DNA from: a bacterium
Lineage (GTDB): Bacteria > Patescibacteriota > Microgenomatia > Daviesbacterales > UBA10151
Reading direction: 5' to 3'
Assembly: GCA_021790255.1 (NCBI GenBank)
Contig: JAJYIE010000003.1
Span: 68 to 64,067 of the forward strand
Length of the DNA: 64,000 bases
Program-made: the position numbers and the translations under genes
Notes under the pieces: model-generated
Seen by the model: only the letters and a program-made list of their open reading frames with translations
The model's database searches: none
Told to the model about the DNA's origin: nothing
Part shown: piece after piece, positions 8,857 through 18,114 of the stretch
Layout: each line of letters starts with the position of its first letter
How positions within the stretch are numbered: the first letter of the stretch is position 1

Positions 8857-9380
8857 ACTTAATTTTGCTGGGGGGCAACAGCCTACAAAATAAAACCTGG
8901 ATTAAAGAGGTGGAAATGGTTTTCAAGCCTGATTTTGATTCAACCAGAATTCAATACTATGACCATTGGCAGACCGGTGAAAAGGTTATAGGCTTCGATA
9001 AAGAACTGGAAAAAATGGTTAGCAGTCTGGCCGGGCAAAAAGATTACGTTATTTTTGCTAAGTCCATCGGCACATTTTTAACCTTAAAAGCAGTTCACCG
9101 GAAACTGATTAATCCCAAAAAGTGCATTTTTGTCGGCACGCCGGTTTTATGGAGCCGGGCGCATAATTTCGGGGCGGATGAATGGCTGGAAGGATATAGC
9201 ATTCCCACTTTGTTTGTGCAAAAAACTTTGGATCCGGTGATGCATTTTGCTGATTTAAAAACCCTGCTGGAACAACTGGCGGTAAAAAATTACCGGTTAG
9301 TAGAAATTCCCGGAGAAAGTCATGATTATGAGAGTATTGATCAGCTGAAAGGGCTGACTCTTAAATTCCTTTCCGGATAA
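8853..9380 (+). CDS. alpha/beta-fold serine hydrolase (RBBP9/YdeN-like)
   Basis: About 175 aa with a nucleophile-elbow-like AKSIG. Start overlaps the LCP stop. Confidence 0.5.
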   Translation: MNLILLGGNSLQNKTWIKEVEMVFKPDFDSTRIQYYDHWQTGEKVIGFDKELEKMVSSLAGQKDYVIFAKSIGTFLTLKAVHRKLINPKKCIFVGTPVLWSRAHNFGADEWLEGYSIPTLFVQKTLDPVMHFADLKTLLEQLAVKNYRLVEIPGESHDYESIDQLKGLTLKFLSG

Positions 9381-9471
9381 ATCCGCTACTTCACTAATTT
9401 TGCATTTTGGGCTCCAACGTCTGATACCCCCACAATTTGACCCGACTCATGGATTTTGCTAAATTTGTGCC

Positions 9472-10269
9472 ATGAAGATCGAGGCCATTTTGTGTGATCT
9501 AGATGGAACTTGCCTTTCGGAAGATGAGGCAAACAAGCAAGCGTATAGGCTCACTAGTAATGCTGCTCGAGATAAACATGGTATTGATTTAAACCTTCTG
9601 GCACTGCAAGCTCATCAACTATCTAAAAATTTTTGGCTAAACTCAGCAGGATTTTCTTACGGACAAAGGATAGGTTTTGGTTCTACAGACGGCCTTTGCG
9701 GTGAATTTACTATTCCGGATCCCGAAATTAACATTGATAAATTAAATATGGAAGGACCAATTTTACGCTATCGGGCTTGGTTGGAAGCTTTAAAGCAATT
9801 TGAATGTGAAGACGAGGCATTAGCTATGGAAATGGCGATACTTTTCCCGATGACTAGGCGCCAAACTTTTAGCCCTTATCAAGGAGCGGCAACAACTTTA
9901 GAATTCCTCGCATCCCATTACGGTTTGGCTATTGTAACTAACGGCGTAAATAGAATCCAAATAGATAAAATCAGGGCCTGCAGAATAGATGGAGTAGTCA
10001 ATGCTGCTATCGTTTCGGAAATGGTGGGGGTGGGGAAGCCAAATGAATTAATGTTTGAAACTGCACTTAATAAGCTGAACATTCCCCGAGAAAAAGTAGT
10101 TATGGTAGGCGATAGCTTAAGGAGTGATATTTTAGGAGCTCAAAAAGCTGGCGTTGGGAAAACAGTTTGGGTCGCAAATTCTAATGTTATTCCTTCAGAA
10201 AATATTCAACCAAATTTTAAAATCTATTCGCTTGTTGAATTACCTTCTCTTCTTGCTTCTATTAGTTGA
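9472..10269 (+). CDS. HAD-superfamily hydrolase (subfamily IA)
   Basis: Motif I CDLDGT, motif II VTNG, Lys in GVGKPN, motif IV GDSLRSD. Gene is clearly more AT-rich than its neighbours. Confidence 0.75.
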   Translation: MKIEAILCDLDGTCLSEDEANKQAYRLTSNAARDKHGIDLNLLALQAHQLSKNFWLNSAGFSYGQRIGFGSTDGLCGEFTIPDPEINIDKLNMEGPILRYRAWLEALKQFECEDEALAMEMAILFPMTRRQTFSPYQGAATTLEFLASHYGLAIVTNGVNRIQIDKIRACRIDGVVNAAIVSEMVGVGKPNELMFETALNKLNIPREKVVMVGDSLRSDILGAQKAGVGKTVWVANSNVIPSENIQPNFKIYSLVELPSLLASIS

Positions 10270-10367
10270 AAAAATTTCCTGGCGTCAAGTGCAATTTTGA
10301 GGCTGCAATGCTAAATATAGAGATAAGCCCTCATACTTCTTTGAACTGACGAAAAGTGTTAAATTAA

Positions 10368-11039
10368 ATGCTGATGAAGGTAATTTTGTTGTATGGGCCA
10401 GGAGAGGCCGGGAAAAGGGAAGAAGCTTTAAAACTGCGCCGCCATTTCTCCCCGGATGCTGTTTCCATAGTTGATTTAAAAAATGATGACGTAGACAGAC
10501 TGGAAAGCATGCTTATTTCCCCTTCCTTATTTTCTTCCGGGCAGCGGCTGGTGGTGGCAGAAAACGCTTCGGAAAAATTGGACCTTTTAAAACTCCCGGT
10601 TGTTGGGGAGGAAACTACCACGCTGATTTTATCAGGAAATTTAAAAAAAGACAGCCCACTTCTTTTAAGCGCCCAAAAACTTTCCGCCTTTTCCCGCACA
10701 TTTGAAGATAAAGAAGAGATAACGGCTTTTCCTTTTCTGGACAATCTGCTGGATGGGAAAACGGATGCTTTTACTGAGCTTGATAAGCTGCTGAAAGAAT
10801 ACGGGCCAATGTATATACTGGCAATGATTTATTACTCGCTGCGGCGCAACTTTTTACCGCTACCGACCCCCCCTTTTATGCAAAAAAAGATAACCAGGCA
10901 AAAAAGCCGCTACCACCCCGAAGATTGGCTAAGGCTTTATCGGGAAACCATTCAGGCAGACTTTGCTTTAAAAAGCGGAACCGCTTCTGAGAAATTAATA
11001 CTTAGCCGGCTGGTCCAATCGTTTCTGCAGTGGACTTAA
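10368..11039 (+). CDS. holA: DNA polymerase III delta subunit-like (short form)
   Basis: ILLYGPGE N-terminus, the SLFSSGQRLVVAENA block, and C-terminal AFPFLDNLLDGK...YILAMI resemble HolA. Confidence 0.5.
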   Translation: MLMKVILLYGPGEAGKREEALKLRRHFSPDAVSIVDLKNDDVDRLESMLISPSLFSSGQRLVVAENASEKLDLLKLPVVGEETTTLILSGNLKKDSPLLLSAQKLSAFSRTFEDKEEITAFPFLDNLLDGKTDAFTELDKLLKEYGPMYILAMIYYSLRRNFLPLPTPPFMQKKITRQKSRYHPEDWLRLYRETIQADFALKSGTASEKLILSRLVQSFLQWT

Positions 11040-11044
11040 GCTAA

Positions 11045-11971
11045 CTAGTGTGGTTGGGAGGATAAATAATTAACAAGTTGTTGTAGATCTTCCTGGTCCA
11101 CTTTGCCGTCCCCGTTTATGTCTGCCTGCCTTAAAAATGTCTTTTTATTGATGTTTCTTAAAAGCACGCTAAGATCCAAAGAGTTGATTGTCCCGTCATC
11201 GTTTAGGTCATATAAAGAAGTTGCGGCGACAGACTCTGCATCAAGACTCAGGTCCTTTCCCAATGTTACCGGCGGCAAAGGTTTAGCGGGCAGTGTTAGG
11301 GAAACGGAAGAACTTTTATTGCCGTCAAATATCCGCAAAGTTGCCTGGGTTGAGGAAAGAGGAAAGGCGGAGGTAAGAGCATCGTTATAGAGAGAGTTAA
11401 GAGAGAGAGCAAAGCTGCCGGCAGTTTTGCTGATAGTAGCCATTTTTTGAGCGCCGGGTATCTCCAAAGTAATGATCGCTTCATTCACCGGCTGAGAGTT
11501 GTCATCGATGATATTGCCGACAACGGGTGGAGTGGCAGAAGGCGTAATTGGAGAGGCGGTTTTGAAAGACAGCGGTTTATCGACAGGGTAAATAATTGCT
11601 CCGGAGTGAACTTTATAATAGTAGACAGTGTTCGGCGAAAGGTTAGTCAGGGTGACAAAGTGCAGCTGGTGGTTTCCCAAAGCTGTATGGTCACGGTCAT
11701 CCTGAAAAACCAAATTCAGGGAGGAGGCCGAGGTGCCGGCCTGGATAAAGCCCGGGGTCTGCTTTTCGGTTTGCCAGTAAACTGAGGCAGCGCTCCCGGA
11801 GATATTGGCTACCTCAGCTCCGCGCGGAGTAGCAGATGTGTCAGCAGAGGAGAGAAAAGTTTGCCGCAGAGGGATCAGAAGAATACCCACAATTAAACCG
11901 GTAACGATAGTAGCCAGTCCGAGAAGTGTAGGGATTTTAGATTCCAAGCTCATTGATTGCTTCCTGGTCAA
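11045..11971 (-). CDS. membrane-anchored FN3-like / dockerin-repeat protein (possible pilus-associated accessory protein)
   Basis: N-terminal TM, FN3-like segment (NLSPNTVYYYKV), and a C-terminal type-I dockerin pair (DLNDDGTINSLDLSVL...DINGDGKVDQEDL). Lies in an operon downstream of pilO. Confidence 0.6.
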   Translation of the reverse strand: MTRKQSMSLESKIPTLLGLATIVTGLIVGILLIPLRQTFLSSADTSATPRGAEVANISGSAASVYWQTEKQTPGFIQAGTSASSLNLVFQDDRDHTALGNHQLHFVTLTNLSPNTVYYYKVHSGAIIYPVDKPLSFKTASPITPSATPPVVGNIIDDNSQPVNEAIITLEIPGAQKMATISKTAGSFALSLNSLYNDALTSAFPLSSTQATLRIFDGNKSSSVSLTLPAKPLPPVTLGKDLSLDAESVAATSLYDLNDDGTINSLDLSVLLRNINKKTFLRQADINGDGKVDQEDLQQLVNYLSSQPH

Positions 11972-12119
11972 AATTCGGGTCCAGGGGTTCGATAAGCTGA
12001 CTGACTTCCGCAGGGGGAGAGACTTTTTTAGCCTGGGAATGGATGAAATCTGCCCCTATCCAGATAATGATGGTTATCAGAGTAAATATTAAAATGTAAA
12101 CAAATTGTCTTCCACCCAT
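11937..12119 (-). CDS. small single-TM protein between pilO and the dockerin protein
   Basis: 60-aa ORF with one hydrophobic helix. Overlaps its neighbour, consistent with an operon. Confidence 0.3.
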   Translation of the reverse strand: MGGRQFVYILIFTLITIIIWIGADFIHSQAKKVSPPAEVSQLIEPLDPNFDQEAINELGI

Positions 12120-12124
12120 TATGG

Positions 12125-12859
12125 TTATTCCTTATGCGCCAAAAAATAACCCTTCCCGCTTACTGAAAGTGTCAGCGGCGGAAGCGGGGCTGCATTTTCT
12201 TTTTGGGCCTGGTTTTGTTCTTCATTTTTACTGATGGTAACACTTTCCAACTTAAGTATGCGCGGAGTTTTTTCCAGGCGGTCAATAGTGTCCAAAAGTT
12301 GTCCGAAGTCCCCTTTAACTGTGTAAGTAAAACCTATCTCATCCGTGGCAAACGGGTAGCTTACACCGGTGCTTGTCAGCAGGGTAACGGGTTGAATTTG
12401 CAGGGCTGTTCCGGAAACGGTAGCGGTGTTTTCCCCTCCTACTATCCCTGATACGCTGGCCTGTTGTGAGTTTTCAATATTGGCTATCAGGTCAACAACG
12501 TTTGCCTGAAGGGGAGTGGCCCGGTCAATTTTGGCCCGGCTGTCGTTAGTCAGATTCTCGAGATTACCCTTGGCAACCTGCAAGACTTGGATCTTTTTAT
12601 CCAGGTCCCCGGAAAGCTTGCTTTTTGTGTTTATCTCATCGCGAAGCTCTGTAATGGTAAAAAGGGTGGGGCGAAAGACAAAAAGAGTGAAAAAGATGAG
12701 AGCGAGTAAGGTAAAGATAATCGGCGCTGCTGATTTAACCCCGGGATGGGTAATAATTGGCTGAAAATATTCCCAACGCTTGGGGCGCAGACTTCTACTG
12801 GCCATCTGCCTCCTTTGGGTTCGGAACGATAGAAATAGTGAAAGAGAGTTCTTTGTCAT
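12125..12859 (-). CDS. pilO: type IV pilus assembly protein PilO-like
   Basis: Single TM, then a coiled-coil and PilO-like periplasmic domain. Sits immediately after the pilN-like gene. Confidence 0.55.
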   Translation of the reverse strand: MTKNSLSLFLSFRTQRRQMASRSLRPKRWEYFQPIITHPGVKSAAPIIFTLLALIFFTLFVFRPTLFTITELRDEINTKSKLSGDLDKKIQVLQVAKGNLENLTNDSRAKIDRATPLQANVVDLIANIENSQQASVSGIVGGENTATVSGTALQIQPVTLLTSTGVSYPFATDEIGFTYTVKGDFGQLLDTIDRLEKTPRILKLESVTISKNEEQNQAQKENAAPLPPLTLSVSGKGYFLAHKE

Positions 12860-13388
12860 AGGATAGGCTGTTTAGAGTAGTTTGCTTGAAAGAACCGCTG
12901 CCTTTAAAATGCTGCATAAAGGAGGCCAGCTCGACGGTAGTAGGAGATGTCCCTGTAACTGTCATAACGTTTTGCTGAGCAGAATCCAGCGACAAAGCAA
13001 AGCTGATGCTTGAAACTGTTATATTTTTGGGGGTAATTTGGGCCACACCCCGGACAGCCTGTGTAAATCGAGGGTTGGCTGCCTTAAGCTGTTTTACCTG
13101 GAGAAGTTGGTATTGAACCTGCCGGATTTCCTGTTCCTGCCCCTGCATAGCTTTCAGAAAATCGACTTTGTGTTGAATTTCACTGTTAAGATCAGCAATT
13201 TGGGCGTCCAGCTGATAGCGGTACACAAATGCCGCAATAACTCCCATTTCAACTGCAATTACCAGGAATCTTCCGACAGTGAGGAGCCATTTTGTAAATC
13301 GGGCCTGCAGGGTAAGGATATCTTCTCTTTTGTGTATCAGGTTAATCTTATACAGGCTGGTTAAAGGGCTTTTTAGTGAGGCAGGCAT
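12795..13388 (-). CDS. pilN: type IV pilus assembly protein PilN-like
   Basis: Conserved N-terminal INL segment, TM, coiled coil. Typical PilN size and architecture. Confidence 0.55.
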   Translation of the reverse strand: MPASLKSPLTSLYKINLIHKREDILTLQARFTKWLLTVGRFLVIAVEMGVIAAFVYRYQLDAQIADLNSEIQHKVDFLKAMQGQEQEIRQVQYQLLQVKQLKAANPRFTQAVRGVAQITPKNITVSSISFALSLDSAQQNVMTVTGTSPTTVELASFMQHFKGSGSFKQTTLNSLSYDKELSFTISIVPNPKEADGQ

Positions 13389-13723
13389 ATTAGAAATTCC
13401 CGCTGCAGGAGCGGCTCCATACTTATTTTATGTCCTCAGCTTTTTTGTTGCAAGCTGGATAATCTCTCGACGCGAAGGCTGAGGAGGGGAAGGTTCTATC
13501 CAATCGGCTGGGCGCTCTTTTTAGTCGATTCATTTTGAGCCTCGCATAACCAACTGGATCGCGCATAATAACCATTACTGCTGAACTGGCAGCTGGTGAA
13601 AATGGCTCCACCTCACTTCCTAATACTCCGGGTAATCTTTGTTCAGAAAACTCTCGAACCTTTTTCTACCCCTAGCTGTCTATTCTGAGAAAACAATCTC
13701 ATCAGCTTGAGAACTGGCGCTAA

Positions 13724-13906
13724 TCAACTGATAAATGGTGGAGCCGCCACCCACCCTAAAAAGACGAACTGGTGCTGCAGGGGGGAGTTGCTGGTATGCT
13801 CGATGAAAAAATCTAAAAGTTCTGCTTTTTCCGGATCCACTTCGGAGTAGTATTTAGCCAGGTATTTATCCGGATAAAACCGGTCGTAGTCCTTCAGAAG
13901 TTCCAT
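13724..13906 (-). pseudogene. N-terminal remnant of an NNMT/PNMT/TEMT-family SAM methyltransferase
   Basis: FYPDKYLAKYY resembles the F.PRDYLEKYY start of that family. The ORF stops after 60 aa and about 330 bp downstream is ORF-free. Confidence 0.3.
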
Positions 13907-13912
13907 GCCGCT

Positions 13913-14152
13913 TTATTTGGCTGTGGACAATTTGGAGAGCCTCGACTTTAGCCTGGCAGCCTTGTTGGCATGGATTAAATTAACTTTGACGGCTTTATCC
14001 AAAGCACTGGAAAGTGCGCTCAGGTTTTTCTTATTCGGAGTGCGCCGTGCAGTTTTAAGTATTTTTTTCAATGAAGCCTCCCGCTTACTGTTGTGAGCGG
14101 TGCGGGTTTTATCTTTGCGCGCCTTTTTTATAGCTGATTTAATAATAGGCAT
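13913..14152 (-). CDS. rpsT: 30S ribosomal protein S20
   Basis: MPIIKSAIKKARKDKTRTAHNSKREASLKK is a typical bS20 sequence. Confidence 0.85.
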   Translation of the reverse strand: MPIIKSAIKKARKDKTRTAHNSKREASLKKILKTARRTPNKKNLSALSSALDKAVKVNLIHANKAARLKSRLSKLSTAK

Positions 14153-14183
14153 ACTTATATTTCACAGTGATTATTGCCAATTT

Positions 14184-14227
14184 CAAGCTTTGCTTAAGAC
14201 GTAGTCGCAAGCTTTACTTATAATTGG
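14184..14227. repeat. 44-bp intergenic repeat, copy B
   Basis: Matches 6487..6530. Located in the divergent rpsT/murJ promoter region. Confidence 0.7.
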
Positions 14228-14302
14228 CACACCCTACGTGCTAACTTGAAATGTTAACACAGACTATAGCTTCGCGCAAGCCGCTCTGCTAAAATTTCAA
14301 TT

Positions 14303-15943
14303 GTGGTAAAAAATATTTTTACTCTTCTCTCTCTCAGGCAAACATCAATTCTTTCAGGGGCTTTCGTCATTATGGTTACGGTGGCTGCTTCCAAATTTTT
14401 GGGACTGATCCGTGACCGTTTATTGGTACACACCTTTACCCCCGATCAGACAGCAATATTTTTAGCTGCTTTCCGTCTCCCAGATTTAATTTTCCAGCTA
14501 ATGATTGTCGGGGCAGTTTCAGTAGCTTTTATCCCGATTTTTACCGATTATCTTCATCATAAAAACGAAGAACAGGCTTTTGATTTTGCTTCTGATGTCC
14601 TAAATACAGTACTGCTCTTTTTTACAATCTTTAGTTTACTGGCAATTATTTTTGCTTTTCCCTTGACCGGGCTGATCGTCCCCGGGTTTAGTGCTTCCCA
14701 GCGTGATTTAACTGCCGGCCTGACCAGGGTTATATTTTTAGGGCAGGTGCTTTTGGTGATCGGGGCCTTTTTTGCTTCCATCGGCCAGGCTTATCAGCGG
14801 TTTATTGTTCCGGCACTGGCAGCCATGTTTTATAATGTCGGAATTATTTTGGGTATTTTACTGCTGTCTCCATCCGTAGGAATTTACGGCCCGGCTTTCG
14901 GGGTAATCATCGGAGCGCTGCTGCATGTGGCTATCCAGCTGCCGCTTATTTCCGCTTTAAATTTCCGTCACAAATTTCGTCTGAATTTTTTCAGCGAAGG
15001 GATCAAGGAGGTGTGGGGAATGATGAGCATCAGGACGATCGGTGTAGCGGTGGAACAAATTAATGAAACTGTAGGAGTTGTTTTGGCTTCGCTGATCTCC
15101 GCATCCTCCGTGACCTACCTGACTTTCGCCCAGCACCTGCAGACGGTGCCGATCGGCTTATTCGGGGCTACCCTAGCTCAGGCAGCTTTGCCGGTTTTGG
15201 CTACTGAGCGGGCAAAAGGGGAAACAGAATCTTTTAAGGCAACACTTCTTACTACCATGCACCAGATTATGTTTTTGAGTTTGCCGGCCACGGCGATGCT
15301 GATTGTGCTGCGCCGGCCGGCAGTCCGTTTGGTCTTCGGGGCGTCTCAGTTTGACTGGACTTCCACTGAGCTCACCGGCAAAACAGTAGCTTTTTTGGCT
15401 ATCGGCCTGGCGGCCCAATCAGTGGCGATGCTTTTGGTGCGTGGCTTTTATGCCTTAAAAGATACCCGCACCCCCCTGATAGTTTCTCTGATCAGTGTAA
15501 GTTTAAATATCATCTTAAGCTTGTTGTTTGTCCGCTGGCTGCAGTTGGGTGTCTGGAGTTTAGGGCTATCTTATGCGATTGCTTCCAACCTCTCTCTGCT
15601 GCTTTTGCTGGCTTTTTTAAACCAAAAGGTGGGAGGTTTTTCCTGGAGGGAGCTTTTTGCTCCGGAGGCAAAAATGGGTTTTGCCGCAGCTGTTTCTGCC
15701 CTGGCACTCTATTTGCCGGCTAAAGCTTTAGACCAGCCCTCAATCCTTAACACCCAGCGGGTTATTAACCTGATTGCCTTAACCGGTATCGCCTCATTAT
15801 TTGGCCTGTCAGTTTATCTGCTTTTAGTATGGGCGCTGAGGGTCAGGGAGCTGGAAACGTTCGGCGGTCTGCTGAAGAAACTCTACCGGATGCCGTTTAA
15901 TGTCAAGTCGCAGGAGATGGTGCAGGAACCGGAATCAATTTAA
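14303..15943 (+). CDS. murJ: lipid II flippase MurJ (MviN family)
   Basis: RDRLLVHTFTPDQTAIFLAAFRLPDLIFQL and the multi-TM profile are typical of MurJ. Confidence 0.85.
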   Translation: MVKNIFTLLSLRQTSILSGAFVIMVTVAASKFLGLIRDRLLVHTFTPDQTAIFLAAFRLPDLIFQLMIVGAVSVAFIPIFTDYLHHKNEEQAFDFASDVLNTVLLFFTIFSLLAIIFAFPLTGLIVPGFSASQRDLTAGLTRVIFLGQVLLVIGAFFASIGQAYQRFIVPALAAMFYNVGIILGILLLSPSVGIYGPAFGVIIGALLHVAIQLPLISALNFRHKFRLNFFSEGIKEVWGMMSIRTIGVAVEQINETVGVVLASLISASSVTYLTFAQHLQTVPIGLFGATLAQAALPVLATERAKGETESFKATLLTTMHQIMFLSLPATAMLIVLRRPAVRLVFGASQFDWTSTELTGKTVAFLAIGLAAQSVAMLLVRGFYALKDTRTPLIVSLISVSLNIILSLLFVRWLQLGVWSLGLSYAIASNLSLLLLLAFLNQKVGGFSWRELFAPEAKMGFAAAVSALALYLPAKALDQPSILNTQRVINLIALTGIASLFGLSVYLLLVWALRVRELETFGGLLKKLYRMPFNVKSQEMVQEPESI

Positions 15944-16304
15944 AACCAACGGGTAATTTTTTGGGGCAGTCTTCGGCTCAGTGCCGAGACAAGGGTTGTA
16001 AAGCGGTTTAAAAGCAGTGGGGATGAGGTTAGTATCCTGACGCTTCCGGTAGTAAGTAGGCCAGGTGGTCATGGTAACACAGGCTCCAGGTTCTAACTCC
16101 GGGGAAACTCACTGTATAAGGATTCGGAAGCCTGGACCACTTCTGACCTCGGCCGGGCTCAAAAATATACCGGCATTTCCATGATATGCTCACTCATGGT
16201 TTGCTACTATAAGGTAAGCCCATGTTAGAAGTCAATAATCTTACTTACTTATCGTCTGATCTGCTGATTTCTCTTCATCTGTCCGGTTTGTTACAATTCC
16301 TATT

Positions 16305-18107
16305 ATGAATAAAATCAGGAATTTCTCAATTGTGGCGCATGTGGATCACGGTAAGTCTACCCTGGCGGACCGACTGCTGGAGGTAACCGGGACAGTCCCC
16401 AAGGATAAGCTTAAGCCCCAGCTTTTGGATTCTCTGGCCCTGGAACGGGAGCGGGGCATTACCATTAAGCTGGCTCCTGTGCGCATGAACTACACCTTAA
16501 GCGCTATACCATACACCCTGAATTTAATTGATACTCCCGGCCATGTGGATTTCTCCTATGAGGTTTCAAGATCTTTGGTGGCGGTAGAGGGTGCAGTCCT
16601 TTTGGTTGATGCTACCCAGGGTATTCAGGCCCAGACTTTATCTCACGGTCTGGCAGCTTTGGAACAAAATCTGGTGCTGATTCCGGTGATTAACAAAATT
16701 GATCTGCCCAATGCTGATATCACAAAAACTAAACATCAACTGGTTAGTACCTTTGGATTCTTAGAGGAAGATATTTTGCTGGTTTCCGGTAAAACCGGTA
16801 CGGGAGTGGAAGGACTTTTAAAAGCAATCATCGGGCGCATTCCGCCTCCCAAATCCGCAGGTGTCAAGCTATTCCAACCCGGGGGTGGCAACGTAAAAGA
16901 GTCCTTAAGAGCTTTGGTTTTTGATTCCTTCTTTGATCCGTTTAAAGGAGTGGTGACGCAGGTGAGGGTTTTTGATGGTGAAGTACCGGAAGTTGGGGCA
17001 AAAATTAAATTTTTGGGCACGGGAGCTGTCGGCGAGGTGTTAGAGAAGGGATATTTTAGCCCACAACTAGTGGCGACTCAAAGTTTGCGCTCCGGAGAAA
17101 TTGGTTATATTGCCACTGGGATTAAAGAAGCGGACCTGGTTCATGTCGGTGATACGATCACCGATCTGGAAAGCCGGGACATTGAACCACTGCCGGGCTA
17201 TAAAGAAGTAAAACCGATGGTTTATGTCGGACTTTATCCGATTGAGCAGTCGGAAATTAACACCTTAAAAGATACTCTCAATAAGTTCAAACTTACTGAT
17301 CCGGCTTTTTCATTTGTTCCGGAGCATTCTCTGGCTTTGGGGGCGGGTTTTAGGTGTGGCTTTTTGGGGCTGCTGCATGCGGAGGTTGTCCAGCAGCGGC
17401 TTTCCGAGGAGTTTAACCTGGACCTTCTAGCAACGACCCCTTCGGTAGGATATCAGGTGAGCGGGCAGACCATCACTAATCCTGCCGACCTGCCGCGGGC
17501 AGAAAACATTACTGATTTGCAGGAGCCATGGGTGGATCTGAAGGTATTTACTCCCCAGCAGTTTTTGGGTGGAATTATGGATCTTTTATCCGATAAGAGG
17601 GGAATTTTTAAAAACCAGACCTACTTCGGCAGTCAGGTGGAGCTTTTGTATGAGATGCCCCTGGCAGAGATGATTACCGATTTTTATGATAAGTTAAAGT
17701 CGTGCTCATCCGGTTTTGCCTCGCTGGATTGGGATTTTTTGGAGTTTCGGGAAGCAGAGGCAGCAAGGGTGGATATTTTAGTGGGCGGGGAGAAAGTGGA
17801 CGCCCTCTCAACGATTGTTTATAAAAGATCAGCAGAAAGTGTGGGCCGGAAACTGGTGGAAAAATTAAAGGAAGTCCTGCCCCGGCAGAATTTTGCCATT
17901 GCCATTCAGGCAACCATTGGCGGAAGTATTATAGCCCGGGAAACGATCAGCCCTTTTAGAAAAGATGTCACTGAGAAACTTTATGGCGGCGACAGAACCC
18001 GCAAAGACAAATTGCTGGAAAAACAGAAAAAGGGTAAAAAAAAGATGAAGATGATTGGTAAGGTAGAAATTCCACAGGAAGCGTTCTTGAGTATTTTAAA
18101 AAGCTGA
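16305..18107 (+). CDS. lepA: elongation factor 4 (LepA)
   Basis: IVAHVDHGKSTLADRLL G-domain and full-length LepA similarity. Confidence 0.95.
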   Translation: MNKIRNFSIVAHVDHGKSTLADRLLEVTGTVPKDKLKPQLLDSLALERERGITIKLAPVRMNYTLSAIPYTLNLIDTPGHVDFSYEVSRSLVAVEGAVLLVDATQGIQAQTLSHGLAALEQNLVLIPVINKIDLPNADITKTKHQLVSTFGFLEEDILLVSGKTGTGVEGLLKAIIGRIPPPKSAGVKLFQPGGGNVKESLRALVFDSFFDPFKGVVTQVRVFDGEVPEVGAKIKFLGTGAVGEVLEKGYFSPQLVATQSLRSGEIGYIATGIKEADLVHVGDTITDLESRDIEPLPGYKEVKPMVYVGLYPIEQSEINTLKDTLNKFKLTDPAFSFVPEHSLALGAGFRCGFLGLLHAEVVQQRLSEEFNLDLLATTPSVGYQVSGQTITNPADLPRAENITDLQEPWVDLKVFTPQQFLGGIMDLLSDKRGIFKNQTYFGSQVELLYEMPLAEMITDFYDKLKSCSSGFASLDWDFLEFREAEAARVDILVGGEKVDALSTIVYKRSAESVGRKLVEKLKEVLPRQNFAIAIQATIGGSIIARETISPFRKDVTEKLYGGDRTRKDKLLEKQKKGKKKMKMIGKVEIPQEAFLSILKS

Positions 18108-18114
18108 GGTAAAA

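Noticed and set aside
15950-16300. Assignment of the lepA-upstream structured region to tmRNA, RNase P RNA, SRP RNA, 6S RNA or a T-box
   Set aside because: It starts with GGGGCAG like tmRNA, but no T-arm/CCA 3' end, no GGAAAGTCC / ACAGAAnnCGGCTTA RNase P boxes, no SRP domain-IV motif and no T-box sequence could be found on either strand. It is kept only as an unclassified candidate.
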